Positions 30,262 through 41,752 are shown, numbered from the whole stretch's first letter. The stretch: DNA of 60,897 nucleotides, filler included, from 4 parts of 4 records of this genome joined end to end with filler, not necessarily neighbours in it, one strand, 5' to 3'. The notes: generated from the letters alone by a model not told the origin. A program made the numbers and translations.

Positions 30262-31295
30262 CCAATGACCTCAATCAAAACGTCGCCTTGAGCTGCCTTC
30301 ATGGTACCAAACGGCACCAAGGTAAGACTGTGCTCACGACCAATACGCTCTACATCATCTTCCCAGGCAGGGTCGACACTGATCAGCAAACCACCTGACG
30401 TCTGAGGATCACACAGCCATTGCCAGTGAGCATCGTCCATCACAGGCAACGCTTTACCAAGGGCTTCGCGGTTGCGCAGCGAACCTCCAGGGACAGCGCC
30501 CTGCCGACGGTAGGCTTCGGCTTCTGCTAAACGGGGTAAGCGGCGAAAATCGATCTGCGCCATCACACCGCTTGCGCTGCACATTTCAGCTAAGTGCCCA
30601 GCAAGGCCAAACCCGGTGACATCCGTCATAGCGTTAACGCCTTTCACCTTAGCTAACTCAACACCGATATGATTGGGCTTGAGCATCGTTTCACGGGCAA
30701 GGCCGTGATGGCCAGCCTCTAACAAACCACGTTTTTCGGCTGTGGTTAGTAGCCCTACGCCAAGTGGTTTGGTTAGGAATAACAGGTCATTAGGCTTTGC
30801 TTGACTGTTGAGCTTTAAATGCGCTAAATCGACTAACCCGTTGACCGCCAAACCAAACATCGGCTCAGGAGCGTCGATCGAGTGACCGCCCGCTAACGCT
30901 ACCCCTAGCTCACGACAAACAGCCTGGGCACCGGCAACAACATCTCCCGCGATTTCTGCGCTGAGTTTATCCAGCGGCCAACCTAAAATCCCTAATGCCA
31001 TGACCGGCGTGCCACCCATGGCATAGACATCGCTAATCGCGTTAGTGGCAGCAATACGACCAAAATCAAAGGGGTCATCGACAATCGGCATAAAGAAATC
31101 GGTGGTCGCAATCATGCCGCGGCCATCACCCAAATCATACACCGCTGCGTCTTCGCGTCCCTTGTTACCGACAATGAGGCGTTTATGGCCTGCGGCAGGC
31201 CCAGCTTTAGCAAGAATCCCATCCAGTACATCTGGTGCAATTTTGCAGCCGCAACCCGCTCCGTGACTATATTGGGTTAACCGAATTGCACTCAT
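30258..31295 (-). CDS. selD: Selenide, water dikinase (selenophosphate synthetase), Cys form
   Basis: SHGAGCGCKI, TTDFFMPIVDDP, GGHSID, TDVTGFGL, DPQTSGGLL. Confidence 0.96.
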   Translation of the reverse strand: MSAIRLTQYSHGAGCGCKIAPDVLDGILAKAGPAAGHKRLIVGNKGREDAAVYDLGDGRGMIATTDFFMPIVDDPFDFGRIAATNAISDVYAMGGTPVMALGILGWPLDKLSAEIAGDVVAGAQAVCRELGVALAGGHSIDAPEPMFGLAVNGLVDLAHLKLNSQAKPNDLLFLTKPLGVGLLTTAEKRGLLEAGHHGLARETMLKPNHIGVELAKVKGVNAMTDVTGFGLAGHLAEMCSASGVMAQIDFRRLPRLAEAEAYRRQGAVPGGSLRNREALGKALPVMDDAHWQWLCDPQTSGGLLISVDPAWEDDVERIGREHSLTLVPFGTMKAAQGDVLIEVIG

Positions 31296-31340
31296 GGCGC
31301 CTCTCCTTAGTCTTAATGCTTTTCCTTAGCATAGCTTACG

Positions 31341-32717
31341 CTACAACGCTTCCAGGGCATCGCTCAATTTATCGACAGGGATAACCTCCATTCCCTTCGG
31401 AGCCTGCTTGGGTGCGTTGCCGCGCGGAACAATTGCCCTTAGAAAACCGTGCTTAGCCGCTTCAGCAATGCGTTCTTGCCCACTGGGCACTGGTCGAATT
31501 TCTCCTGAAAGCCCCACTTCGCCAAACACCACCAGCTCTTTTGGCAGTGCGCGATTTTGCAGACTGGACACCACGGCTAACAGCACCGCTAAGTCAGCAC
31601 TGGTTTCGAGCACTTTCACCCCACCCACCACGTTAAGGAAGACATCCTGATCACCGGTAAACAGACCACCGTGGCGATTTAATACGGCTAGCAGCATGGC
31701 AAGTCGGTTTTGATCGACGCCAACGGCAACACGGCGAGGATTACCCAGGGCAGACTCATCCACCAATGCCTGCACCTCCACTAGAATTGGCCGAGTGCCT
31801 TCCCACACCACCATGACCAAGCTACCGGGTGCCTGCTCTTCTTGGCGTGAGAGGAAAATCGCACTGGGGTTTTTAACCTCTTTCAAGCCTTGCTCGAGCA
31901 TTGCAAACACACCCAGCTCATTCACCGCGCCGAAGCGGTTTTTCTGGCCGCGGAGCGTTCTAAATCGAGAATCAGCTCCGCCCTCTAATAGCAACGAAGC
32001 ATCAATCATGTGCTCCAGCACTTTAGGACCCGCCAGCGTGCCATCTTTGGTCACATGACCAACCAGCAAAAGAACCGTGTTCGTTTGCTTAGCGAAGCGT
32101 GTCAGCGCTGCCGCAGATTCCCGTACCTGGGCAACGCCTCCCGGCGCAGAGCTGATATCTTCCAGATGCATAGTCTGGATGGAGTCAATCACCAGAATCT
32201 CTGGCTTCTCCCGTTCAGATACCGCCAAGATGGTTTCCACGCTGGTCTCGGCCAACATTTTCAAGCCATTAGTAGGCAGCTGTAAGCGGTGGGCGCGCAT
32301 GGCGACTTGGGAAAGCGACTCCTCCCCAGTGACATATAGAATACGCCGCTGCTGAGCGAGCTTGCAGGCAGTTTGTAGAAGCAGTGTAGATTTACCAGCG
32401 CCTGGATTCCCCCCCAGTAACACAGCGGAACCCGGCACTAAGCCACCACCCAGCACACGGTCAAACTCGGCAAAGGTCGAGGTAAGGCGAGGAACCTCAC
32501 TGAGATCCACATTGCTAAGATCCACTACATCGCGCGACAGGTCTCCAGCATAGCCCGCTCGTCCCGTCGCAGTACCACCTCCAGGTCGCGCACTGGCCAA
32601 ACGAATCTCACTTAGCGTGTTCCACTCCTGGCAGCTGGAGCACTGGCCTTGCCACTTTCGATACTCTGCACCGCACTCGGTACATACAAAGGCACTCTTC
32701 GCTTTCGCCACCGCCAT
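31341..32717 (-). CDS. radA: DNA repair protein RadA/Sms
   Basis: C4 zinc finger, GNPGAGKST, KNRFG, GEVGLSGE; likely start ATG 32717. Confidence 0.96.
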   Translation of the reverse strand: MAVAKAKSAFVCTECGAEYRKWQGQCSSCQEWNTLSEIRLASARPGGGTATGRAGYAGDLSRDVVDLSNVDLSEVPRLTSTFAEFDRVLGGGLVPGSAVLLGGNPGAGKSTLLLQTACKLAQQRRILYVTGEESLSQVAMRAHRLQLPTNGLKMLAETSVETILAVSEREKPEILVIDSIQTMHLEDISSAPGGVAQVRESAAALTRFAKQTNTVLLLVGHVTKDGTLAGPKVLEHMIDASLLLEGGADSRFRTLRGQKNRFGAVNELGVFAMLEQGLKEVKNPSAIFLSRQEEQAPGSLVMVVWEGTRPILVEVQALVDESALGNPRRVAVGVDQNRLAMLLAVLNRHGGLFTGDQDVFLNVVGGVKVLETSADLAVLLAVVSSLQNRALPKELVVFGEVGLSGEIRPVPSGQERIAEAAKHGFLRAIVPRGNAPKQAPKGMEVIPVDKLSDALEAL

Positions 32718-32779
32718 GTTGCTCCTGTTGATATCTTGATGTCGCCACTGAGATTTATGCATCAGATCGCTAGAAATGC

Positions 32780-32803
32780 AAAAGGCGGCCAATGGCCGCC
32801 TTT
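32780..32803 (-). terminator. Intrinsic terminator downstream of the NlpE-like gene
   Basis: AAAGGCGGCCA-T-TGGCCGCCTTTT hairpin with short U-tract. Confidence 0.6.
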
Positions 32804-32820
32804 GAGCGTCGCTTCACACT

Positions 32821-33270
32821 TTATTGACGCTGTAACTGCAGCATTTCGCCATTCTCGAAACGACGACGCTCTGGGTCGATCAGCTCCAGCGTGCGCTCAC
32901 TGATACGCTGGAAGTAGTAAATCTGACCATCGCCATTCGGCGTTAATTCATAGACAGTAGCATCCGGATCAGACGGCGTGCCCGTCAACACTTCCCAGTT
33001 ACCTGCATAGTTTTCGTCTGGTGGTGTTTGTGGATGATTACGATAAGTGGCGTTTAACGTGAACGTCCGCTCTTCAGGAGCACTCATTTCTTCGCCTATC
33101 ATCGTCACATCCAAGTCGATACCATCGCAGTTGCGGCAAGGCAGCGTACCTTGGTAATTGACTTGAGAAGCAGTCATTCCTGCATCTTCACTCTGGCCCG
33201 TCGGGCCAGCTGCACAGCCCGCCAGCAGTGCCAACATAGCCGAGCCGGCTAGCAAACTCCTAAATTGCAT
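32821..33270 (-). CDS. NlpE N-terminal-domain (copper resistance family) lipoprotein
   Basis: Lipobox LLAGC, YQGTLPCRNCDGI motif. Confidence 0.82.
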   Translation of the reverse strand: MQFRSLLAGSAMLALLAGCAAGPTGQSEDAGMTASQVNYQGTLPCRNCDGIDLDVTMIGEEMSAPEERTFTLNATYRNHPQTPPDENYAGNWEVLTGTPSDPDATVYELTPNGDGQIYYFQRISERTLELIDPERRRFENGEMLQLQRQ

Positions 33271-33434
33271 TGAGTGTCTCCTTATCGTGTTGGACATACA
33301 TTTCTTTCGCGCGCTTATGACAGCATAACCGCTACAAGGTGCGACGCCCACCCCCTTGCTTACTTGAATGCTTGCGCTCGGGCAGCCATCGGGTGACCAT
33401 GGGGTATTAACATTAGGATAATCAGGTTACCCGC

Positions 33435-34496
33435 ATGAGCCAATACTGGAGTCCAGCTGTTCGGGCGCTTACCCCCTATGTGCCAGGTGAGCAGCCCCGC
33501 GAACAGGTTATTAAACTCAACACCAATGAAAACCCTTATCCACCCGCGCCAGGGGTGAGCAAGGCGCTGCGCAATTATGCCATCGATCATTTGCGCTTGT
33601 ATCCTGACCCTACCTCTTATGCATTGCGTACAGCGCTGGCTGAAAGCTATGGGGTTAGCGTGGCAGAAACCTTCGTCGGCAATGGGTCAGATGAAGTGCT
33701 CGCGTTTGCGTTTCAGGCCTTCTTCTGCCATGACGCACCGCTGGATGTCCCCTCAATCACCTATAGCTTCTACCCTGTTTACGCCAATCTTTATGGCGTC
33801 ACGCTTCGCAAACACCCACTAAATGCCCAGTGGGAAGTTGATATTGATGCTCTGGCGAGTGCATCAGAGCGCAGCGGCGTTATTTTTGCCAACCCAAACG
33901 CGCCGACTGGACACGCGCACCCCCTCGAAGCCATTGAGGCTCTGCTTAAGCGCGTGACAAACCGGGTTGTATTAATTGATGAGGCTTATGTTGATTTCGG
34001 CGCAGAAAGCGCTGTCGCCTTAGTTGAGCGCTACCCTAACCTACTAGTCACGGGAACGTTCTCTAAATCACGTAGCTTGGCTGGGTTACGCTTGGGCTAT
34101 GCCATTGGCTCCCCAGAACTGATTGATGGACTTCAGCGGGTCAAAGACTCATTTAACTCCTATCCCGTCGATAGTCTAGCGAGCCTCATCGGCATTGAAG
34201 CCCTTAAGGATGAAGAACATTTTAACGCCTGCCGAAATAATGTGATCACGACTCGAGAGCGCACACGTCAGCGTCTTGAGCAGCTAGGCTTTGAAGTGTT
34301 GCCATCAAAAGCCAACTTCGTGCTTGCCCAGCATCCCGATTTTGAAGGCGCTCAGCTGTTTGCAGGCCTCCGCGAGCGAGGAGTTTTGGTACGTCACTTT
34401 AATACTGACGCGCTCAACAACTTCTTGCGCATCACTATCGGTACAGATGATGAAATGGATAGTTTAATAGAGGCATTGGAAGCAATCTGCCGCTAA
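33435..34496 (+). CDS. hisC: Histidinol-phosphate aminotransferase
   Basis: YVPGEQ, KLNTNENPY, GNGSDE, NPNAPTG, DEAYVDF, TFSKSRSLAGLRLG. Confidence 0.95.
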   Translation: MSQYWSPAVRALTPYVPGEQPREQVIKLNTNENPYPPAPGVSKALRNYAIDHLRLYPDPTSYALRTALAESYGVSVAETFVGNGSDEVLAFAFQAFFCHDAPLDVPSITYSFYPVYANLYGVTLRKHPLNAQWEVDIDALASASERSGVIFANPNAPTGHAHPLEAIEALLKRVTNRVVLIDEAYVDFGAESAVALVERYPNLLVTGTFSKSRSLAGLRLGYAIGSPELIDGLQRVKDSFNSYPVDSLASLIGIEALKDEEHFNACRNNVITTRERTRQRLEQLGFEVLPSKANFVLAQHPDFEGAQLFAGLRERGVLVRHFNTDALNNFLRITIGTDDEMDSLIEALEAICR

Positions 34497-34515
34497 TTTC
34501 CACCGTTCCATGCAT

Positions 34516-34551
34516 AAAAATCCCCAGTGCACGAGGCTCTGAGGGATTTTT
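34516..34551 (+). terminator. Probable terminator after hisC
   Basis: AAAAATCCC...GGGATTTTT imperfect hairpin. Confidence 0.5.
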
Positions 34552-34579
34552 CAGACAGTCCATAACCAATAGCACCAAC

Positions 34580-34609
34580 AAAAAACCCCAGCTTCAGTTG
34601 AAGCTGGGG
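34580..34609 (-). terminator. Terminator for a minus-strand transcript starting beyond the contig end
   Basis: CCCCAGCTTCA / TGAAGCTGGGG inverted repeat next to an A6 run (U6 on minus strand). Confidence 0.55.
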
Positions 34610-34709
34610 NNNNNNNNNNNNNNNNNNNNNNNNNNNNNNNNNNNNNNNNNNNNTTAATTAATTAANNNNNNNNNNNNNNNNNNNNNNNNNNNNNNNNNNN
34701 NNNNNNNNN
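34610..34709. other. Artificial contig spacer
   Basis: N-run, TTAATTAATTAA (34654-34665), N-run; sharp drop in GC. Confidence 0.98.
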
Positions 34710-37700
34710 ATAAAAGTGATTAATAAACGCAAGCCATTTTTAGTTTCTTTCTCTTTCATTACACAAATTTTACTATTCTGTTGCACATATTTTAGCATGT
34801 TCGTAAAATCTTCTGTTTGATAAAATGCACTTTGTTGATCAGAAACAAAATAACCAATCATGCGTTTTTTCTTTAAAATAATTTTCTCTAAACCTAGTTT
34901 TTTAGCCAACCATTTTATGCGCACACTATCTAATAAATCGACCACTTGAATAGGTAATTCTCCAAATCGATCCATCAACTTTGTCTCAAATTGTTTAATT
35001 TCTGCTTCTTGAGATAAATTAGCAAGTTCGTTATAAAGATTTAAACGTTCAGAGATAGAGTTTACATAATCATCTGGAAAAAGGATTTCAAAATCAGTAT
35101 CAATTTGAACTTCTTTTACAAACTCTTTTGGTTTTGATTGATCTTGTGGATATAATTCTTTAAACTCATTTTCTTTCAATTCTTCAATAGCTTCGCTTAA
35201 TATTTTTTGATAGGTATCAAATCCAATATCATTGATAAATCCGCTCTGCTCACCACCTAACAAATCTCCAGCACCTCTAATTTCTAAATCTTTCATGGCA
35301 ATATTTAATCCGCTACCTAATTCAGAAAACAATTCTAATGCCTCAATTCTTTTTCTTGCATCATCGGTCATCATATGGTAAGGAGGTGTAATGAAATAAC
35401 AGAATGCTTTTTTATTAGATCTACCAACTCTTCCTCTCATTTGGTGTAAATCTGACAACCCAAAATTATTGGCATTATTGATAAAAATGGTGTTGGCATT
35501 TGGCACATCTAATCCACTTTCAATAATGGTAGTAGAAACCAGTACATCAAACTCATTATTCATAAATCCAAGCATTAACTCTTCTAGTTTTTTTCCTTCC
35601 ATTTGGCCATGTCCAATTCCAATTTTTGCACTGGGTAATAATCGTTGTAATAAACCAGCAACTTCTTTAATATTTTCAATTCTATTATGAATAAAAAATA
35701 CTTGACCACCTCTAGATATTTCATAAGAAACAGCATCTCTTATCGTTTCTTCGCTAAAGCGAATTACATTGGTTTCTATTGGATGCCTATTTGGAGGTGC
35801 AGTATTTATTACTGATAAATCTCTTGCAGCCATTAAACTAAACTGTAACGTTCTTGGAATTGGAGTGGCTGTTAATGTTAAGGTATCTACGTTTTCTTTA
35901 ATAGTCTTTAATTTATCTTTTACAGCAACACCAAACTTTTGTTCTTCATCAATAATTAGCAGGCCTAAATCTTTAAAGTTGATGCGTTTGTTGGTTAGTT
36001 GATGTGTTCCAATAACAATATCTACAGAGCCATCTGAAATTCCATCAATTACGCCATTTTTTTGACTTGTTGTTCTAAACCTGTTTAAATAATCTACAGT
36101 AACGGGAAAGTTTTTTAAACGTTCAGAAAACGTTTTAAAATGTTGAAAGGCCAATACCGTTGTAGGTACTAAAATAGCCACTTGTTTTCCATTGTCTACT
36201 GCTTTAAAAGCAGCTCTAATAGCAACTTCTGTTTTCCCAAAACCAACATCACCACAAACCAGCCTGTCCATGGGTTGTTCTTTTTCCATGTCAATTTTTA
36301 CATCTTGGGTAGCAGTAAATTGATCTGGGGTGTCTTCATATAAAAAACTTGCTTCTAATTCGTGTTGGATATGTGTATCTGGGCCAAATTGAAATCCTTT
36401 CTGAAGTCTTCTTTTGGCGTATAATTTGATTAAATTAAAAGCAATATGTTTAACTCTTGCTTTGGTTTTCTGTTTTACTTTTTTCCAAGCTCCAGAGCCT
36501 AGCTTATAAACTTTAGGAGGTTTGCCATCTTTACCATTAAACTTCGATATTTTGTGTAAAGAGTGTATGCTGATATATAAAATATCTCGATCTCCATAAA
36601 TTAGTTTAATTGCTTCTTGCTTATTTCCTTCTACATCAATTTTTTGTAAACCACCAAATTTCCCAATTCCGTGATCCATATGAGTTACATAATCTCCAAT
36701 TTCTAAACTTGTTAATTCTTTTAAAGTAATGGCTTGCTTTTTAGCGTAGCCATTTTTTAACCGGAATTTATGGTAACGTTCAAATATTTGATGATCTGTA
36801 TAACAAACAATTTTTTCATCTTGATCTATAAACCCTTGGTGTAAAGGAAAAACTACAGTTTGGTAACTTACTTCCTGATCCCCATCATTAAAGATATCAT
36901 GAAATCGTTGTGCTTGTTTTTCATTAGCACAAAAAATGTAATTTGTATAACCTTGTTTAGCGTAGTTATTTAAATTCTTAATTAATAAATCAAATTGTTT
37001 ATTAAAAGAAGGCTGCGGATTGTTATGAAAAGAAACATTAACTTTTGTTTGCGCTTTTTCAGGTTGATTGATCGCTACAGAAGTAAAATCTAAAAGTTGA
37101 TCTTTAATGTGTTTTCCATTACAGAAAAGTTCTTCTGGGGTAGCGTGATTTAGTTCTGTAGAGAGTTCACTAAAAGCAGCTTTAGCTTTTGTAAAAAAGG
37201 CATCCAATTTATCAGTTAATAAATCTATATTTTGATGAAAAACTACCGTTTTTGAAGAGATGTATCTTAGAAAACTTTCACGCTTTTCTTGCAGCGTTTT
37301 GTTTTCTACATTTGGCATAATGCTAACCTTTTTTAGTTTGTCTTTAGACAACTGGGTTTCTACATCAAAAGTTCGTATACTATCAACTTCATCACCAAAA
37401 AATTCAATTCGATAAGGTTCATCATTGGAAAAAGAAAACACATCTATGATTCCACCACGAACAGAAAATTCACCAGGTTCAGTAACAAAATCAACACGAT
37501 TAAAATTGTATTCGAACAACATTTCATTTACAAAATCGAGAGATAAGTTGTCTGAAATACTCACTTTTAATGTGTTTTTATCTAACTCTTTTTTGGTAAC
37601 AACTTTTTCAAATAAAGCATCAGGATAGGTAACTATTATTGCTGGTTTTTTCTGAGAATTAATTCTATTTAAAACTTCAGATCTTAATAATACATTTGCA

Positions 37701-37996
37701 TTATCTACTTCTTCAATTTGATAAGGTCTTCTATAAGAACCAGGGTAAAAAAGAACATTTTTATCTCCTAACAATTGCTCAAAATCATTTAAATAATAAG
37801 CGGCTTCTTCCTTGTCATTAAAGATGATAACATAAGGGTTTTCAGTAGTTTTAAAACATTCTGAAATAACAAAAGACAACGACGATCCAACCAAATTCGA
37901 TATTTGAAAATGGTTTTTATCGTGTTGTAGCTCCTTTAAAATCTGCTTGGTTTTAGCAGAATTTAGGTATTGATTACTGATAATCTCTTTACTCAA
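34710..37996 (-). CDS. mfd: Transcription-repair coupling factor (3' truncated)
   Basis: RGGIIDVF, CGDVGFGKTEVA, IIDEEQKFGV, LTATPIPRTL, QMRGRVGRS. Confidence 0.97.
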
Positions 37997-38012
37997 CTCA
38001 ACTAATTTTTGG

Positions 38013-38020
38013 CAAATGTA
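38013..38020 (-). promoter_or_regulatory. Bacteroidota -7 promoter element for mfd
   Basis: TACATTTG (TAnnTTTG) on the minus strand just upstream of the start. Confidence 0.6.
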
Positions 38021-38108
38021 TTATAAATAGAAGACTTAATATATTGATTAATAAAAAAATACAATAACTTTATAGGAAAATAGTTATAAATAAAAGAAAA
38101 AGAATATT

Positions 38109-38681
38109 ATGGGGGAAATTCTTAAAGCTTTTTTGCTTTTTTTCTTTGTTGGTAGTCAGTTAGTTGCGCAAAACAAAGAAAATCGTTGGGTGGTTGGAGC
38201 AAGTATTGGGTTTGCAAAGTTTAGTTCTGAAAATGCTAAAACTGTAGGTGATCAATTTATTTTTCAAGCACCAAGATTAAATGTATCACGTTATTTTTTT
38301 AACGGATTAACAATTGATGCTGCTTTGTCATTCAACACAATTAATAAAATTGATGGGCTTTTTAACAACAATATTGGATATTTATCCGTTGATTTAGGAG
38401 CAAAATATGATTTTGGTACTTCAAAAGAGAATTTAGTTCCTTATGCAATTGGTGGATTAAGCATTATAAATGCAAATGACGAAATGTCGCCAGCTTTAAA
38501 TTTTGGTGCAGGTGGTACATTTTGGTTAAATTCTAATTATGGAATAAACTTACAATTGACATATAAATCAATTTTTAAAACCACAGAAAAAATGAGTTCT
38601 CACGCTTATTTTTCTCTTGGTGTAGTTTATAGTTTAAAACCAAGGATATTGATTCCTAGATTATGGAGTCACAACAAATAA
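38109..38681 (+). CDS. Outer-membrane beta-barrel protein (OmpA-like transmembrane domain)
   Basis: Signal peptide, alternating beta strands, LNFGAGGTFW, FSLGVVY; resembles the N-domain of the OmpA at 47142. Confidence 0.65.
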   Translation: MGEILKAFLLFFFVGSQLVAQNKENRWVVGASIGFAKFSSENAKTVGDQFIFQAPRLNVSRYFFNGLTIDAALSFNTINKIDGLFNNNIGYLSVDLGAKYDFGTSKENLVPYAIGGLSIINANDEMSPALNFGAGGTFWLNSNYGINLQLTYKSIFKTTEKMSSHAYFSLGVVYSLKPRILIPRLWSHNK

Positions 38682-38682
38682 A

Positions 38683-40992
38683 TTAGTAGTTTGGACTAAA
38701 TTTTATACCTACAAAGAATGTTCTAGGGGATGCAGGTCCGTAGATATAATTACTATCTCTATCTTTTCCAGTATCAAAATCAGATTGATATGCATTAAAT
38801 ACATTTTTGACACCTCCTAAAATTTCTAGATTTGTTTGTAAGCTATTTAAATTAAACTTATAGCTTGATTTTACTCCTACTTCTGCGAATGAAGGTGATG
38901 TGAAATAAATATCGTTATTTAAATTGCCTGGAGAGGCAAGATGCAAAATGTTCATTTTTCCTGTATATACTAAATTTACAGAAGTGTTAAATCTTAGATT
39001 AGGAGTATAGGTTAAGGTAGCATAACCATAATTATTAGGTGTTCTTAAAAATACTCTTTTAGCAGGCAAGACATCTGAATTTTCTATAGGATTATCAAAT
39101 AAACTTGTTTGAATTGTAAAGCCTGCTTCTACTTGAAATACTTGATCGTAATTAAGTCTAGCTTCTAAAGTAATTCCTTTAACAGTAGCTCCAGATCCAT
39201 TTCTTTTTTCAAACAATTCTCCAAATGTATCTGTACCTAAGGGTTGCAAATAAAAAGCATCTTTTAAATGCGTATAAAAACTTTCTAAAGTAAAGCCGTA
39301 TATATAATGCTCAGTTGGTTTATCATAATTCAATGAAACATTATAGCTATTTGATCTTTCTTGTTTTAAATCATTAGCCAAAGAAACTCTTGAAATTCCT
39401 CCACCTGCAAAAGCAATATGTAAATCGGTGTCAAAAGCTTGAGGGGCTCTAAAGCCAGTTCCCCAAGTAGCTCTAAATTGGGTGTTTTCCATAAAGTTAT
39501 ATAAAAAAGACACCCTTGGACTTACAATTGCTTTAGAAACCAAATTGTGCTTGTCTATACGAACTCCAGTAAGAAGGGATACTTTTTGTGAAAATTCCCA
39601 ATCGCTTTGAAAGAAGAATCCCAAATTTTTGGTTAATTGATCTACCTTGTAATTGTAAGCTTTTATCTCATCAAAGACATCATCTTGTACAAATTCTCCA
39701 CCAATAGTAAATACGTTATTTCCTTTAAAAAATTGATCTACTTTGTAATTGAACTGTACTCCACCTTGAAATGTAGTTGTTTTAGAATTACCGTAAGGTG
39801 GGTTTGCTAAATGATTTTGAATATCGGTTGGATCATCTGGAAAAATACCTGTGTAGTGATCTCTTCCAGTGTATTGGCTCGAAAAATAAGTGATTAATGA
39901 GCTTTTTCCTTCATCAAAATTAATTTGATAATCAATATTTCCAGCATATACATCATGTGTTCTTTCTTCTGATTGCAATGTTAAGTGTGGTGCTTTTTTA
40001 ACCATTTCCCCACCATATCTATATTCATTCATTTTACTAAAGTTAATTTCTAACTTTTGATTTTCTGTAGGTAAAAAGAATAAGTTGGTTCCGAATGAAT
40101 TGTTTTTTAATTCGGGTAATTCAGAAAAATTATCACCATTTGCATCGTATAAATTTCTATTCCTGTTGTTTATGAAAAAAGAGATTCCAGCAGTTTTTTT
40201 CTCATTAACTACAGTAGCATTTCCGCTAATAATTTGATCAGACGTACCATCAATATTTTGATACGTATATCCAAAAGAATAATCGTTCTTTTCAGGGATT
40301 TTTGTAATTACATTTACTGTTCCACCAATGGCACTTGAACCATATAAAGCTGAACCTCCTCCTCTAACAACTTCAATTCTATCAATCATGTTTGTTGGAA
40401 TTTGTTCTAATCCATACAAACCTGTTAATGGACTGAAAATTGGGCGCCCGTTGATTAATATTTGAGAATATCCACCACCTAATCCATTCATTCGTAATTG
40501 GGTATAATTACAAGTTTGGCAATCTGTTTCTACTCTTAAACCTGTTTGAAACTTTAATCCTTCAGATAAATTACATGCTTGTACATTGGCAAGCGTGGCG
40601 CTATTTATAACATTAACAATTACCGGGTTTTTCGTGCTTCTCTTATTGGTTCTAGTTCCGGTTACGGTTATTTCATTTAATACTTCAGCAAACTCCTTTA
40701 AAACAAAGTTTTGAGTATAATTATTAGCTCCATTATTAACTGCTATAGTTTTGTTAATAGAAATAAATCCAACTGCAGAAGCTATTAATTTAATGTTTTT
40801 TTTATTGGATGTTTCAATTTTATAATAGCCATCAGCATTAGCAGAAGTTCCTTGAATAGTGTTATCTATTTGAATAGTTGCAAACGGAATAACTTCTCCT
40901 TTTGTATTTGTAATTTTTCCTTCTATTACGATTTGACTGAATGATATTCTGCTAATAAAAAGAAAGAGATATATGTAAAATGAATGCTTCAT
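38683..40992 (-). CDS. TonB-dependent receptor (probable metal uptake)
   Basis: CarboxypepD-like N-domain, EITVTGTRT, plug IDRIEVVRGGGSALYGSSAIGG, C-terminal RTFFVGIKF. Confidence 0.92.
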   Translation of the reverse strand: MKHSFYIYLFLFISRISFSQIVIEGKITNTKGEVIPFATIQIDNTIQGTSANADGYYKIETSNKKNIKLIASAVGFISINKTIAVNNGANNYTQNFVLKEFAEVLNEITVTGTRTNKRSTKNPVIVNVINSATLANVQACNLSEGLKFQTGLRVETDCQTCNYTQLRMNGLGGGYSQILINGRPIFSPLTGLYGLEQIPTNMIDRIEVVRGGGSALYGSSAIGGTVNVITKIPEKNDYSFGYTYQNIDGTSDQIISGNATVVNEKKTAGISFFINNRNRNLYDANGDNFSELPELKNNSFGTNLFFLPTENQKLEINFSKMNEYRYGGEMVKKAPHLTLQSEERTHDVYAGNIDYQINFDEGKSSLITYFSSQYTGRDHYTGIFPDDPTDIQNHLANPPYGNSKTTTFQGGVQFNYKVDQFFKGNNVFTIGGEFVQDDVFDEIKAYNYKVDQLTKNLGFFFQSDWEFSQKVSLLTGVRIDKHNLVSKAIVSPRVSFLYNFMENTQFRATWGTGFRAPQAFDTDLHIAFAGGGISRVSLANDLKQERSNSYNVSLNYDKPTEHYIYGFTLESFYTHLKDAFYLQPLGTDTFGELFEKRNGSGATVKGITLEARLNYDQVFQVEAGFTIQTSLFDNPIENSDVLPAKRVFLRTPNNYGYATLTYTPNLRFNTSVNLVYTGKMNILHLASPGNLNNDIYFTSPSFAEVGVKSSYKFNLNSLQTNLEILGGVKNVFNAYQSDFDTGKDRDSNYIYGPASPRTFFVGIKFSPNY

Positions 40993-41011
40993 TTTTAGTT
41001 TTAAATTTTAG

Positions 41012-41078
41012 CAAATGTAAAATAATTTTTAGACAAGACTAAATTATATTTTAAGTTTTAAAAAAAAGTATATCTTTG
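41012..41078. promoter_or_regulatory. Divergent promoters with a DtxR/MntR-type palindromic operator
   Basis: TACATTTG on minus (41012-41019), TATCTTTG on plus (41071-41078), TTTAG-ACAAGA-CTAAA (41028-41043) between them. Confidence 0.7.
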
Positions 41079-41095
41079 TTGCTTAAAAATCAAGC

Positions 41096-41752
41096 ATGTT
41101 TAGCTCGTCAGAAGAGAATTATTTAAAGGCAATTTATCACTTAAGTCTAACTTCATTAAAAGGTGTAAGTACTAATGCAATTGCAAAAAAGTTAAATACA
41201 AAACCATCTTCTGTTACTGATATGATAAAAAAATTAGCAGATAAAAATGTGCTTGTTTATAAAAAATATCAAGGAGTACAGTTAACTGTTGAAGGGAAAA
41301 AAACAGCAGCAAACATTATTCGTAAACATCGACTTTGGGAAGTTTTTTTAGTAGAGAAGCTAAATTTTTCTTGGGATGAAGTACATGATGTTGCAGAGCA
41401 GTTAGAGCATATAAAATCAGCGAAGTTGATTGATGAAATTGATGCTTTGTTAGGTTTTCCAAAATATGATCCGCATGGAGATCCTATTCCTGATAAAGAA
41501 GGTAATTTAGATCAAATAGAAAAAAGTTTAGTATCTACTTTAAAAGTAAATGAAAAAGGAATTTGTGTTGGTGTTCATGATTCTTCAGCTACTTTTTTAC
41601 AATTTTTAGATAAGCAACAAATTGCATTAGGGCAAGAGATAACTATCTTAGAGAAAGAAGATTTTGATGGTTCAATGACGATTAAAATTAATCAAAAAGA
41701 AATTACCATTTCAAATAAAATCGCAAATAATTTATACGTACAAAAACAATGA
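41096..41752 (+). CDS. DtxR/MntR-family metal-dependent repressor with FeoA domain
   Basis: EENYLKAIY, SSVTDMIKKL, RKHRLWEVFL, AEQLEH, DPHGDPIP. Confidence 0.93.
   Translation: MFSSSEENYLKAIYHLSLTSLKGVSTNAIAKKLNTKPSSVTDMIKKLADKNVLVYKKYQGVQLTVEGKKTAANIIRKHRLWEVFLVEKLNFSWDEVHDVAEQLEHIKSAKLIDEIDALLGFPKYDPHGDPIPDKEGNLDQIEKSLVSTLKVNEKGICVGVHDSSATFLQFLDKQQIALGQEITILEKEDFDGSMTIKINQKEITISNKIANNLYVQKQ

Noticed and set aside
31240-31262. Possible selenocysteine in SelD
   Set aside because: Active-site codons are TGC (GAGCGCK); no in-frame TGA
24239-33351. Apparent N-terminal extensions on hisB, DUF416, radA and the NlpE-like gene in the ORF track
   Set aside because: Artefacts of longest-ORF calling; downstream ATGs with RBS-like sequences give family-typical starts
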